59,473 bases of DNA. Source: a virus (Duplodnaviria; Caudoviricetes). Under the pieces are notes generated by a model. It worked only from the letters and a program-made list of their open reading frames with translations, made no database searches and was not told the origin of the DNA. This document shows, piece after piece, positions 36,594 through 45,626 of the stretch (position 1 is its first letter; each line of letters starts with the position of its first letter). A program made the position numbers and the translations under genes. The stretch covers positions 1 to 59,473 of the IMG/VR virus record IMGVR_UViG_3300044840_000012; one strand, written 5' to 3'.

Positions 36594-38521
36594 GGCGTGG
36601 CGTACTTCGTCCGCAGATACCCCTCGACGCTCGTGCGGTTCCCCGTCGACAGCGCCGTGTCGTACACCAGGACCTCAGCGATGTCGCCAATGAAGTCCGG
36701 GGGGCCCGCGCCATCGGACGACACGTTGTGATCGGTACCCGGCGAATGGGTATGCGCCCCACCGTAGGGCGTGCCCACCCCGTCGGTGAACACGGTGTAG
36801 TCGGTGCCCGACCGGACCGTGATGATGTGCGCCGCCCCGTCCGCCGGCGCGCCGGCCGCCGGGTAGCCGCTGATTCGGGCGGAGCGAAACGGACCCATAT
36901 ACGCGGGGCCCGCGCCACCATACCGCCAGTAGATCGCGGGGCCACCATCGCCATGCGACGAGTACAAGCAGAACCCGGCGTCCTCGGTTGAGGCGTAGAC
37001 CACGAACAGCGTCGCCGCCGTCGGGATCAGGGCGGACAGGTCACCGAGGCTCATCAGGTGCGTCGACGGGAACCGCAGGACCGGCTTGCCGTTGAAGATG
37101 CCCGTCTTGAACACCGGCTGGCTCGGGGCGCTCGCCTGCGTCGCGTTATGGGCGCCACCCGAGGAGTCCGTCCACGTAGCGACAGCCGCCCCGTCCGCCG
37201 GTGGGCCCGCGAGAGCGTCAGCCTTCAGCCACACCTTCAACCCAGAGATGCTCGCCGGGCTGAACGCGGCGGTCGTCACCGTGATCCCGTTCGACGTCGC
37301 CGACGCGGACCCGGAGGCGTTCGTGGCCGTCTCGGCCACCGTAATGACGTGCGTAACGTCCTCCACCTCCGTCACGTAGGTGGTCGCCGTCTCCCCAGGA
37401 ATGGTCGTGCCGTCGCTCTTCCACACGTAGGAGAGCGTCGGCGACGGCGACCCCGAGTAGGTGCCGGGCGTGACCGTCAACGTCGACCCCGATGGCGTGG
37501 ACCCCGCGACAGCCGGGGCGGTCAAGTTGACCGGCGCGGCCGGCGCGACCGGCGCAGCGACCACGTTGAGCACCACCGCCGTGAACGTGCTCACGCTCGA
37601 CCAGACAACCAGCACGATCATCCGCTGCCCCGCCGTCCAACCCGAGTCCGTCACCGGGGTCGTCGTCGTGCCATCCGAGATCCCCAACGTGAACGGGCCA
37701 CCCGATGCCGGCTGATCAGCGAGAAGAACGAGCTGCGCCCCCGTCGCCGCGACCGTTGAGGCGCTGATCACGGCATTGCCGGCGAGCACGAACTGCTTGA
37801 TCTGGTCCTTGCTCAAGTCCAGAGGCGTTGCGCCGGAGACTGAGCCACCGACCGCGAGAGTCCTGCTGACCACCGAGGCACCGATGAGCGTGTCCGCGTA
37901 GCCCTTGGTGGCCGCCTGACCGCTGGTGGTCGGCGTCGGCACGACCGGCGATGAGGAGAACGTCTTGACGCCCGCCACCGTCTCGGTGCCCGTGTTGTGA
38001 ACCACGGCCGAGTCGGTGGCCTTGGTGGCGATCGCCGTGGCGTTCGCGCCCTCCGCTGCCCGCGCCGTCGTCGCCTCGCTCGCGATTGACGTGCTCAGCG
38101 CCGTGTCCGCGCTCGCCCTGGTTGTCGCCTCAGCGGTGACCGCCGTTCCGCGCGCCGTGGCCTCAGCCGTGATCGCCGTCGTGTTCGCGTCGATCTGGGC
38201 TTGGATCGCCTGCAACTCCGCCGACGTGAACGCCCTCGAGATCCGATCCCCCACGACGATCGTCCGGGCCGTCGACCCGAGAGAGCCACGCGAGCCCGTC
38301 ACGAACGTAAGAACATCCCCGCTCACCGACCCGACCCGGACCAGCTCGCGGGTCACGCGCGTCGGCCAGATCGTCTCGGCATGAACAGCCACCCAGAACG
38401 GGGCGGCGGGGAACGAGGCCCCGTCACCCGTCGTCACCGTCACCGTCAGACCGCTCAAGGCGGGCGACGGGGCAGCGACGATCAGGCTCGTTGCGTTGTC
38501 AGACGAGGCATCCCACGACAT
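36590..38521 (-). CDS. Multidomain virion fibre: anchor domain, coiled coil, fibre repeat, Ig domain, LamG domain
   Basis: AEATARGTAVTAEATTR coil; VVHNTGTETVAGVKTFSS; PVNLTAPAVAG...YVWK Ig; LKVWLKAD...GDIAEVLVYD...VEGYLRTKY LamG. Confidence 0.85.
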   Translation of the reverse strand: MSWDASSDNATSLIVAAPSPALSGLTVTVTTGDGASFPAAPFWVAVHAETIWPTRVTRELVRVGSVSGDVLTFVTGSRGSLGSTARTIVVGDRISRAFTSAELQAIQAQIDANTTAITAEATARGTAVTAEATTRASADTALSTSIASEATTARAAEGANATAIATKATDSAVVHNTGTETVAGVKTFSSSPVVPTPTTSGQAATKGYADTLIGASVVSRTLAVGGSVSGATPLDLSKDQIKQFVLAGNAVISASTVAATGAQLVLLADQPASGGPFTLGISDGTTTTPVTDSGWTAGQRMIVLVVWSSVSTFTAVVLNVVAAPVAPAAPVNLTAPAVAGSTPSGSTLTVTPGTYSGSPSPTLSYVWKSDGTTIPGETATTYVTEVEDVTHVITVAETATNASGSASATSNGITVTTAAFSPASISGLKVWLKADALAGPPADGAAVATWTDSSGGAHNATQASAPSQPVFKTGIFNGKPVLRFPSTHLMSLGDLSALIPTAATLFVVYASTEDAGFCLYSSHGDGGPAIYWRYGGAGPAYMGPFRSARISGYPAAGAPADGAAHIITVRSGTDYTVFTDGVGTPYGGAHTHSPGTDHNVSSDGAGPPDFIGDIAEVLVYDTALSTGNRTSVEGYLRTKYATP

Positions 38522-38534
38522 GAGGCGCCCCCTC

Positions 38535-38690
38535 TCAGAGGTCGAAACGGCTCAGGATTAGGGCAAGCCGGCGAGCGAAACCAGGGTCATCCGTGGTCGC
38601 CAAACGGATCGTCTCCGCTAACTCCGGGCTCAGGACGATCAAGCCACGGGCCTGCGCGAGAGCGAAACCCTGGGCGATGGCCTTGTCCAT
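38535..38690 (-). CDS. Small hypothetical protein
   Basis: MDKAIAQGFALA...; tiles the region. Confidence 0.45.
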   Translation of the reverse strand: MDKAIAQGFALAQARGLIVLSPELAETIRLATTDDPGFARRLALILSRFDL

Positions 38691-38709
38691 GAGGACTCGG
38701 CCGACAGAC

Positions 38710-38910
38710 TCAGGCTTCGTCGTCGGGGCGCCACTCGCCCACGACGGCGCGGAAGTCGCGGAGCGCGTCGGCGAGCACTTCACGCGACGCGTTCTCGTCC
38801 ATGATGCAGAGTGAGCGGTCGACCTCACGGGCGAGCGCCATCCCGGCTCGTAGGCGGGCCTTGACCGGCGCGAGGCCGTCCAGCTTGATCCTGACGATTG
38901 AAGCGGCCAT
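38710..38910 (-). CDS. Small hypothetical protein
   Basis: TGATG coupling with 38910..39068. Confidence 0.55.
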   Translation of the reverse strand: MAASIVRIKLDGLAPVKARLRAGMALAREVDRSLCIMDENASREVLADALRDFRAVVGEWRPDDEA

Positions 38911-39068
38911 CAGGCGGCGAGGTCGTCGCGAGAGCGACGGATGGGACGCTTGCTCTGCCATGGCTGCCGACCCTTGCGGATTCCGCGGTCCACTCGACGG
39001 GCTAGGGTCGACTTGGGATCGCGGGTGACGACGCGCAGACGCGCCGTCTGAGGCTTGTCCGTGTCCAT
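38910..39068 (-). CDS. Small basic protein (52 aa, ends DDLAA)
   Basis: Manual translation MDTDKPQTARLRVV...; coupled to downstream gene. Confidence 0.5.
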   Translation of the reverse strand: MDTDKPQTARLRVVTRDPKSTLARRVDRGIRKGRQPWQSKRPIRRSRDDLAA

Positions 39069-39182
39069 GAAGAGGGGAACTCCCGGGCGGGTACGTCAAA
39101 GGGCTACGGAGGTCATCATTGCCTTGCCGGCTCCCGCTTGCCGACAATCAGGGCGACCTGCGCGCAGGGTATCAGACGACGG

Positions 39183-39800
39183 CTACGCGGCCTTGATCTG
39201 CTTGCTGCGAAGGATCGCGTCGAACTCCTCGGCGGTGATCGTGCCCTGCATGACGGCGAGTTGCGCCTGACGGGCGATGCGCTTCGCGTCCTGACGCCGG
39301 CGGTCGTCGGCGTGGAGCTCGTCGTAACGTTGGCGAGCCTCGGCGGTGATCCGCTCCTGGTCGGCACGAAAGACCGGCTCGTCCTCCCCGCGCGTTGCGT
39401 GAAAATGGCTCGTCGTGTAGTCGCTGAGGATGCTCCCGGGCTGCGCGGCAAGGAAGACCGGCTCGTCCTCGAGGATCTTGAATCGCAAGACCCAGACGAG
39501 CCGTCCGCGATCCACGGAGCCGTACCGCTCCGCCCACGCCTCCCAGAACTCGTCCCGCGTCTTGAACCCCTCGGCTCGAGCGTCCTCGAAAGAGATCGAC
39601 CCGAGCGGCTCGTCGTGGATCGAGACCACGATGACCTTGAGTACCGGCTCGTCCCCGAGCGCCCGCTCCCTTGCGGGCTTCTTCCAAACGGGATAGCTGC
39701 GCTGCGCCTTGTAGCGACAGTTGCCGGAGCCGACGGGCAGTCGCATCTGGGTTTTCTTGCGGGCGAGGATCTGGTGAACCTGAGCGGGAGTGAAAATCAT
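39183..39800 (-). CDS. ASCH-domain protein
   Basis: MIFT...ILARKKTQMR...ISFEDARAEGF...VWVLRF. Confidence 0.88.
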   Translation of the reverse strand: MIFTPAQVHQILARKKTQMRLPVGSGNCRYKAQRSYPVWKKPARERALGDEPVLKVIVVSIHDEPLGSISFEDARAEGFKTRDEFWEAWAERYGSVDRGRLVWVLRFKILEDEPVFLAAQPGSILSDYTTSHFHATRGEDEPVFRADQERITAEARQRYDELHADDRRRQDAKRIARQAQLAVMQGTITAEEFDAILRSKQIKAA

Positions 39801-40171
39801 GCGGGCCTCCCGCGTAGCACGTCATCAACGATGTCCGCCGTCAGCTCAGGCCGGTACGTCCCGGGCGGCCGGGCGAGCTGCCTCTCGGTGATCTCGGCGG
39901 CTGTCGCGAGGATCGCCGCCTGGTAGCCCCAGCCGAACCACTCCCCGGCGTCGGCCGCGGCGATCCACCACCGATGCAGGTAGCGCTCGGTCGAGGGGTC
40001 GCCGACGATCGCCCGGCGAAGGGTCAGCGGGCGAGGGTTGCCCGTCTGGAGCGTGCAGAGTCGCTTGAGCGGGTTCGCCGCCCACCCGATCTTGACCAGC
40101 CCGTCCTCCTCCGGCTCTTGGATGAAGTAGACGAACGGGCCGCCGTGAAGCTCAGCCAGACGGGCGATCGT
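39797..40171 (-). CDS. GIY-YIG (T5orf172/MUG113-like) nuclease with non-canonical start
   Basis: Manual translation FVYFIQE...VKIGW...KRLCTLQTGNP...ERYLH...GEWF; GAGGAGGAG before ACG/ATC; no in-frame ATG/GTG/TTG upstream of the motifs. Confidence 0.75.
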   Translation of the reverse strand, partial: TIARLAELHGGPFVYFIQEPEEDGLVKIGWAANPLKRLCTLQTGNPRPLTLRRAIVGDPSTERYLHRWWIAAADAGEWFGWGYQAAILATAAEITERQLARPPGTYRPELTADIVDDVLRGRPA

Positions 40172-40349
40172 GCTCCTCCTCGTCGAGCAGACGCAGGAAC
40201 CTGAGCAACGCGGCGTCGACCTCGCCCCACAGCCTGATCACGTCGCTACGCGTCCCCTCCGGAAGCTGGTGGGTGAGTTCGATCAACAGGGTGCGTGCCT
40301 GCCTGCCGGTAGCCGCGGCGCGGGTGTAACTTTGACCCGAACCCGTCAC
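40152..40349 (-). CDS. Hypothetical protein
   Basis: GTGA coupling. Confidence 0.55.
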   Translation of the reverse strand: MTGSGQSYTRAAATGRQARTLLIELTHQLPEGTRSDVIRLWGEVDAALLRFLRLLDEEEHDRPSG

Positions 40350-40678
40350 GATCCCTTCGCCCCCTTCGCTGCCGGCTTCGCACGAGAAGACGCCACGGGC
40401 TTGACCGGGCGGGCCTTCACCTTCGCCAGAAGGGTCAAGCGATCCTCAATGGCTTTGAGGCGGTCTTCGAGGCCCGCTGAGTTGGTGCGACGCTCGAGGC
40501 CTTCGACGGTGTCCTCGAGATCTGCGAGGCCGTTCTCGATGCGACCGACGACGACCACTTGGCTGCCGATCGCCCCCTCGCACTTCGCCAGCCGGTCGTG
40601 AACGTGGTTGAGCGTGTCGTCGATTCCGAGCTTGTCGCGGAGCACGTCGTACAGGGGTCCGGGCTTCGATAGATCCAT
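40346..40678 (-). CDS. Coiled-coil hypothetical protein
   Basis: Heptad repeats; GGAGG RBS. Confidence 0.7.
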   Translation of the reverse strand: MDLSKPGPLYDVLRDKLGIDDTLNHVHDRLAKCEGAIGSQVVVVGRIENGLADLEDTVEGLERRTNSAGLEDRLKAIEDRLTLLAKVKARPVKPVASSRAKPAAKGAKGS

Positions 40679-40681
40679 GAG

Positions 40682-40900
40682 TCAAACCCTCCGCGTGGGG
40701 TGGCCGTCGTTGAGGTCTTGACAGACCACGCAGTTATCGAGCGCACGAGCCGAACGCCACGAGCCGCGCGGAGTACGCTTGACGAACCCGCAGCGAGCCT
40801 TTGCGCCGAGTTGCGCACCCGTCGGGTACAGGTGGAGAAGGGTGACGCCGTCCCCCTCGGCGTGGATCGGTGTCGATTGCCTAGACGTTCTCGTGTTCAT
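40682..40900 (-). CDS. Small Zn-binding protein
   Basis: H...ARCG...CVVC. Confidence 0.6.
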   Translation of the reverse strand: MNTRTSRQSTPIHAEGDGVTLLHLYPTGAQLGAKARCGFVKRTPRGSWRSARALDNCVVCQDLNDGHPTRRV

Positions 40901-41030
40901 TGCTTCCTCTCGTCGGGTTGGTCAAGGTCCATCCGTAGCTGCGGATCAGGAGGCACAAGCGCGCGCTTGGGTCGCGGCACGAAAAGCGGGCCATACTTGC
41001 GAGCGAACGCCCGGAGATCCTGGGAGGACG

Positions 41031-41264
41031 TCACGCTGCCTCATCCCCACGGAGGCGTTGCGGGAACGACCGGCCCGGGTCGCTTCCCCTCCGGCCAATG
41101 TGCGGCGCATCGGGCTTCCCGTAGAACAGCTTGTCCTCTGGGGGTCTCGCTGCTGCCTGCATGTCGCCATCGGTATGAACCGAGTGATGCGGCGAGTACG
41201 GGCAGAGAGAGCAGCCGTGGCGGTCGGGGTGCGGGGTGTACGCGTGCGGCGGGGTCTCGGTCAT
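41031..41264 (-). CDS. Hypothetical protein
   Basis: HAY...CSLC...H motif; coupled. Confidence 0.55.
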   Translation of the reverse strand: MTETPPHAYTPHPDRHGCSLCPYSPHHSVHTDGDMQAAARPPEDKLFYGKPDAPHIGRRGSDPGRSFPQRLRGDEAA

Positions 41265-41641
41265 CAGTCCTCCGGCTTGGGGGACGAGAGGAACCGCCGG
41301 GCACGATCCAGGCGTTCGAGAGTCAGCGGAGCCGTTGAGTATGCGCCGAGCGAACTACCAAGTTCTCCGATGATCTCCTCGGCCTCCTGTAACCGGACGG
41401 ACAGAGCGTCAGCCTCTCGGAGTTGGCCCAGAAGGCCATTCACCAGGGCCTCACTCGCGCTCGCCCGGTTCTCGGCCCTTGCTGCGCGCTCTGCGAGGCC
41501 GGCAAGGTACGCGGCTTCCAGCGCTCTCGCGGCGTCCGCCCGGTACATGTCTTGTATTACGCTGCCGACTTTCTCCCAGGGCGAGGTGCAAAGGGAACGG
41601 GCGACAGCGTCGATAATCTCGGGGGCGATTTCAGAGTGCAT
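41264..41641 (-). CDS. Coiled-coil hypothetical protein
   Basis: ATG overlaps upstream stop; YRADAARALEAA. Confidence 0.6.
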   Translation of the reverse strand: MHSEIAPEIIDAVARSLCTSPWEKVGSVIQDMYRADAARALEAAYLAGLAERAARAENRASASEALVNGLLGQLREADALSVRLQEAEEIIGELGSSLGAYSTAPLTLERLDRARRFLSSPKPED

Positions 41642-41819
41642 CGGCACCCCTCCTCGCGTAGTCCATGAAGAACGCCCAGGACTGGCGAAACTCGGGCGCC
41701 GCTTCGATGTAGGCGTCGTGGACGGCACAGACGATGCCGACGGGGGCGAGCAATGCCATCCGCGCCCAGAGCGGCAGACGCCCGAGGGCTCGGTCGATCT
41801 TGTGGGCCAAGTCGATCAT
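41631..41819 (-). CDS. 62-aa protein, paralog 1 of a duplicated gene
   Basis: About 88% nt identity to 51187..51375 (22/189 mismatches, manual count). Confidence 0.75.
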   Translation of the reverse strand: MIDLAHKIDRALGRLPLWARMALLAPVGIVCAVHDAYIEAAPEFRQSWAFFMDYARRGADAL

Positions 41820-42088
41820 GGGCCTGCCGGGTTGTCGGCGAGCGCCTGCCGGCCAGCCTCGGTCAGGCTCACGGGAACGCAAGCGGTGTCCGAGGCCATC
41901 CCCATCCCCGGGGGCGCTTCAATCAGTCCACGATCACGGAGGATGTCGCAGGTGTCGCTCCGTGAGCCAAAGAACCGGCCCCATTGGCCTCGGGTGCCGG
42001 GGCAGTAGAACACGCCGCCCACTTGGACCACCCGGAGCGCCTCAATCTGCGTGGCACTCAGTTTCCTCCACTTCGGTTGCTCTTTCAT
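41816..42088 (-). CDS. Hypothetical protein (winged-helix-like)
   Basis: KLSATQIEAL...LRDRGLIE...LTEAGRQAL. Confidence 0.65.
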   Translation of the reverse strand: MKEQPKWRKLSATQIEALRVVQVGGVFYCPGTRGQWGRFFGSRSDTCDILRDRGLIEAPPGMGMASDTACVPVSLTEAGRQALADNPAGP

Positions 42089-43287
42089 GAACTCCCTCCC
42101 GTCGGGTGGGCGAGAGTCCTCTCGGCGAAGCATCGAAGGCAGAGGACCGCCAGCTTCTCGGGGCGGAGGTCGTGCGGCCAGCCGAGGGCGCGCACGAGGG
42201 AGTGCTGCTGGTCGCAGTCCTTGCAGCACAGCTCGGGATTCGGCCGAATCGGCTCGGTATAGGCGTAGAACCTCTCGCCTGTCACCGTGTTTACGTGCCA
42301 CTTGCCGCTCTTTGGTCCTTCGACCGCCTCGGCAAGCGCCGCCGCCTTCAGGGAACCGGCGCCAGCGCAGACAGAGCAGACCGCGCGGATCCGTAGCTCA
42401 CCCCCACACGCCCGGCACCGCTCCCAGTCGAGCGGGACGCCCTGCTCGTCGCATTCGATCGGATCGTAGATGCGCAGAATCACGTTGCGCAGAATCAGGC
42501 TGTCGACCCGGGTAGGATCGTCTTGCATGGGAGCTCCAATCTCTCGTGCCATGCCCCCGGCCGCGTCAACGGTGCGGGGGCGCTTTTCGTGGTTACATTG
42601 TACCTGTTCCCGGCCGTCGTTGAGCCCCTCGTCGTAGGCACGGGCGACTGCCCTCTGCACCTTTTGGCGCAACTCGTCCAGCTCAGCTTCCGCTTCCTGT
42701 GCTCGGGTGAGAGCAGCGTCACGCTCCTCAGCCAGATCATCGAAGTGGCGTTTGCCGATCCCTGCGTGACGCTCAAGCTCCTCTACGCGCTCCTCGGATG
42801 CGACGAGGTCGGTGAGAGCAGCGTCACGCGCGGCCTCGAGCTCGGTCAGCGCTCCGCCGACGCGGCCGATCCACCACTCGATCCGACCCACCCCGCTCGG
42901 GGTCTTGCCCGGTCCGAGGATCGTGGCCATCTCACGGATGAACGAATCCCGGTCAGCCTCAGCCTTCTTCGCTCGCTCCTCCATACCGTCACGCTCAGCC
43001 TCCGCGGCGATCGCGCGGCGCTTCCATCCCTCCACGACACCCGGCCACTCCGAAGCCTCACGGGCGCCCAGCTCGCGAGCTAAGCACTCGACTTTGGCTT
43101 CTGCGGCCTTCGCTCGCTCCTCCATAGAAGAGAGCTGAGCTGGGAGACCGGATGCTTCGAGGGCGGCCGGGATATCGTCGTCCCGGCGGAAGATGTAGCC
43201 ACGCCGGCCGAGCTCCGCTGAGGCGCCGTGGACCGCAGTCCTCATCGTCTCCGGGTCGAGTTCCCGTGGGTCCTCGGGGGCACTCAT
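42085..43287 (-). CDS. Large coiled-coil protein with C-terminal Cys motifs
   Basis: Repeated MEERAKxAEA / RDAALT; CRAC, CSVC, CKDC, CLRC. Confidence 0.7.
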   Translation of the reverse strand: MSAPEDPRELDPETMRTAVHGASAELGRRGYIFRRDDDIPAALEASGLPAQLSSMEERAKAAEAKVECLARELGAREASEWPGVVEGWKRRAIAAEAERDGMEERAKKAEADRDSFIREMATILGPGKTPSGVGRIEWWIGRVGGALTELEAARDAALTDLVASEERVEELERHAGIGKRHFDDLAEERDAALTRAQEAEAELDELRQKVQRAVARAYDEGLNDGREQVQCNHEKRPRTVDAAGGMAREIGAPMQDDPTRVDSLILRNVILRIYDPIECDEQGVPLDWERCRACGGELRIRAVCSVCAGAGSLKAAALAEAVEGPKSGKWHVNTVTGERFYAYTEPIRPNPELCCKDCDQQHSLVRALGWPHDLRPEKLAVLCLRCFAERTLAHPTGGSS

Positions 43288-43616
43288 GGCCGGACCTCAC
43301 CGTCGATAACCGGCTGCCACCAGACCGTCAGCCCATACGCCGCCGCCAGGCGCGTGAAGCACGCCGGGCAGAGCACCCCGAACGTATTGGCTTGGACGGC
43401 CGTCCAGAGGTCGTCCGGTGCGTGCCACCACGAGAACGGATCGGGTCCGACGCGCCGGCCGCAGTCGTGGCACATTTCCAGCTCGTAGCGGGCGACGTGA
43501 CGCCAGAACAGCCAGCGGAAACGGGCGATCACCGACAGGCGGGCGCTGAGCGTATAGCGCAGGCGGGCGAGTTCGTGCGCGATACCGCTGTGCTCCTGGG
43601 GGGTAGAAGGAGTCAT
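43284..43616 (-). CDS. Zn-binding hypothetical protein
   Basis: CHDC...WHAPDDLW...GVLCPACF. Confidence 0.7.
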   Translation of the reverse strand: MTPSTPQEHSGIAHELARLRYTLSARLSVIARFRWLFWRHVARYELEMCHDCGRRVGPDPFSWWHAPDDLWTAVQANTFGVLCPACFTRLAAAYGLTVWWQPVIDGEVRP

Positions 43617-43625
43617 CAGCGCGAC

Positions 43626-43976
43626 CTACCCATAGCTCGTCGGCTCCCCGCCCGAGCGATCAAGGCATTCGTACACCAGCATCCGCAGATTCGCGAAGCC
43701 ACCACCCGACTCACTGCCAGGTGAGTCCACCATCGAGAAGACCGAGCGCAATCGGGCATCGTCGCCGGCTTCATACGCAGCCTTCGCCCTGCGCAACATC
43801 TCCAGATGTCCCGCGCCCTGAATCAGCAGGACTCCCACCATCTGCTCGACCGTCTTAGCGTTTTGCTGCGGGGTCTGGTCGGAAAAGTCCAGTCCAGCCA
43901 TGTCGCCTCTTTTCGTCGTTGTCGCTTGAGCCCGCTGCTGCTGGGCTACGTCACCGGCTCTCTCTTGAGGAGTCAT
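43626..43976 (-). CDS. Hypothetical protein
   Basis: ATGA coupling. Confidence 0.55.
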   Translation of the reverse strand: MTPQERAGDVAQQQRAQATTTKRGDMAGLDFSDQTPQQNAKTVEQMVGVLLIQGAGHLEMLRRAKAAYEAGDDARLRSVFSMVDSPGSESGGGFANLRMLVYECLDRSGGEPTSYG

Positions 43977-44350
43977 CGGTGAGCCTCATGTCGGTTGGGG
44001 GTAGTCGTCTGGACGTACATGCCGACGAGATCGGTGAAACCGCCGCGCTCGTCGGTCTTGGACTCGGCCTCGTCATTGAGCTCCAGCCACCCGCACCCAA
44101 GATCCTTGGACGCGAGCGCCTGGACCACGGCCAGCACGTCCGCCAGCTCGCCGACGCAGGGATCACGCAGGTACTCGACGGCCTCCTCAACGAGTTTGAG
44201 CCGCAGCGCCGCGATACCCTCCGCACGGTCTGGGATCGGCGCGTAGCTCACCGTCGAGTCGCCCACGAACTCACCGATACAATCCCTGACCAGCTTGACC
44301 AGACGCGGCCGGCCCCGGTCGTCACCGGCTCTAACGGGATCGGGGGTCAT
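43973..44350 (-). CDS. MazG-like nucleoside triphosphate pyrophosphohydrolase
   Basis: KLVRD...KLVEEAVEY...ELADVLAVV...KTDERGGF. Confidence 0.85.
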   Translation of the reverse strand: MTPDPVRAGDDRGRPRLVKLVRDCIGEFVGDSTVSYAPIPDRAEGIAALRLKLVEEAVEYLRDPCVGELADVLAVVQALASKDLGCGWLELNDEAESKTDERGGFTDLVGMYVQTTTPNRHEAHR

Positions 44351-44664
44351 GAGGCGGGGATCTCCCAGAACTCGACAGCGCCCGGCTCCCCCGGCTCAGC
44401 GGGATGCCACAAGCCCTCATCCGGCCCCGGGTTCTCGGGCTTCAGCCAGACTCGAGTCGCCGGCCCAACGTCCGGCCGCCACGGGTTCTTGTCGTCCTCG
44501 TCGAAGCAGTAAGGGGCAAGCAGATCGCGGGCCTCGTCCTCGCCGACCGAGGTCTCGACCCAACCGCGGCCCTCGCACAGCTCGTCCTCAGGCTGGTCGA
44601 GCAGAATCATCGCCGGCTCCTTCTCGTCTTCGCTCGTTGGGGGGGATACCTCTCCTTGGGTCAT
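44347..44664 (-). CDS. Acidic hypothetical protein
   Basis: ATGA coupling on both sides. Confidence 0.65.
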   Translation of the reverse strand: MTQGEVSPPTSEDEKEPAMILLDQPEDELCEGRGWVETSVGEDEARDLLAPYCFDEDDKNPWRPDVGPATRVWLKPENPGPDEGLWHPAEPGEPGAVEFWEIPAS

Positions 44665-45626
44665 GCGGCAGAGCCGATCCGAAGCTGGTCGCCCGCAGGG
44701 TCGAGCACAGCGGCCGCCACGTTCTTCACGGCCTGGCGGTAGTAGGACGGCTTCAGCTCGACGCCGATCGCACGGCGGCCGCCACGGACGGCGCTGTAGA
44801 CCTCTGAGCCGACGCCCATGAACGGGGTAAGAACGGTCTCGCCCGGGTTCGACCAGAGCACGAGCACCCGGTCGATCACGTCGAGTTGCAGCGGATGGAT
44901 GTGCTTCTCGTCCTCGTCGTCGCGCGCCTGCCGGAACGGCAGCACGCGGTCGATCCGCACGTCATCCCAGAACGCTGAGGCGTACTGGCGCCAGATCCAA
45001 TGGGAGTAGCGGTTCTCGGTCTGCTTGCCCTCCCAGCCGCGGTAGCGGTGAAGCTCGTCCGGGACGCGCCGCTCGCCGGCGTACTCGAGCAGCCCCGTCG
45101 GGTGAGCGATCGGGACAGGGTTCTCGCCGCGGCGGCGGAAGACGAGGAGGTAGTCGGCCGACGCGACGCCGCACCGAGAGGAGTCCTCCACGACCGTGCG
45201 ATGCGCCAGGTCCTTCTTCATCGTGCGGTTGCGAACGCCGAGGGGCTCCTTCCAGACGTGGTAGCGCGCCATGTAGTCGAAGCCATGGCGGGCGTGCAGG
45301 CGGATGATGTCGCCCGGGAAGTCCCGGAGAGCGTCGCCGCCGGAGTTGCCGGTCGGCACGTCCATGCAATGCACAGCACTGATCCGGCCGGGCGTCGTCA
45401 GCCGGGCGATCTCCCCGACGATGAAGCCGTAGTGCTCGAAGAACTCGTCGTAGCTCGAGCAGTTCGACAGGTCCCGCTCGCTCGAGGAATAGTGGAAGAG
45501 GCCGGCGAACGGCGGCGAGTAGACCGACAAGTGAATCGAGCCGGCCGGCAGCGTCGGCATGACCTCCATGCAGTCGCCGTTGTAGATCGCGTAGTCGTCG
45601 GTGATCTGCTGGGCTAGGACATCCAC
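44661..45626 (-). CDS. Amino (N4-C/N6-A) DNA methyltransferase, beta class
   Basis: YNGDC, catalytic SPPF, SAM-binding VLTPFMGVGSE, IGVELKPSYY; GTG at 45626. Confidence 0.92.
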   Translation of the reverse strand: MDVLAQQITDDYAIYNGDCMEVMPTLPAGSIHLSVYSPPFAGLFHYSSSERDLSNCSSYDEFFEHYGFIVGEIARLTTPGRISAVHCMDVPTGNSGGDALRDFPGDIIRLHARHGFDYMARYHVWKEPLGVRNRTMKKDLAHRTVVEDSSRCGVASADYLLVFRRRGENPVPIAHPTGLLEYAGERRVPDELHRYRGWEGKQTENRYSHWIWRQYASAFWDDVRIDRVLPFRQARDDEDEKHIHPLQLDVIDRVLVLWSNPGETVLTPFMGVGSEVYSAVRGGRRAIGVELKPSYYRQAVKNVAAAVLDPAGDQLRIGSAA

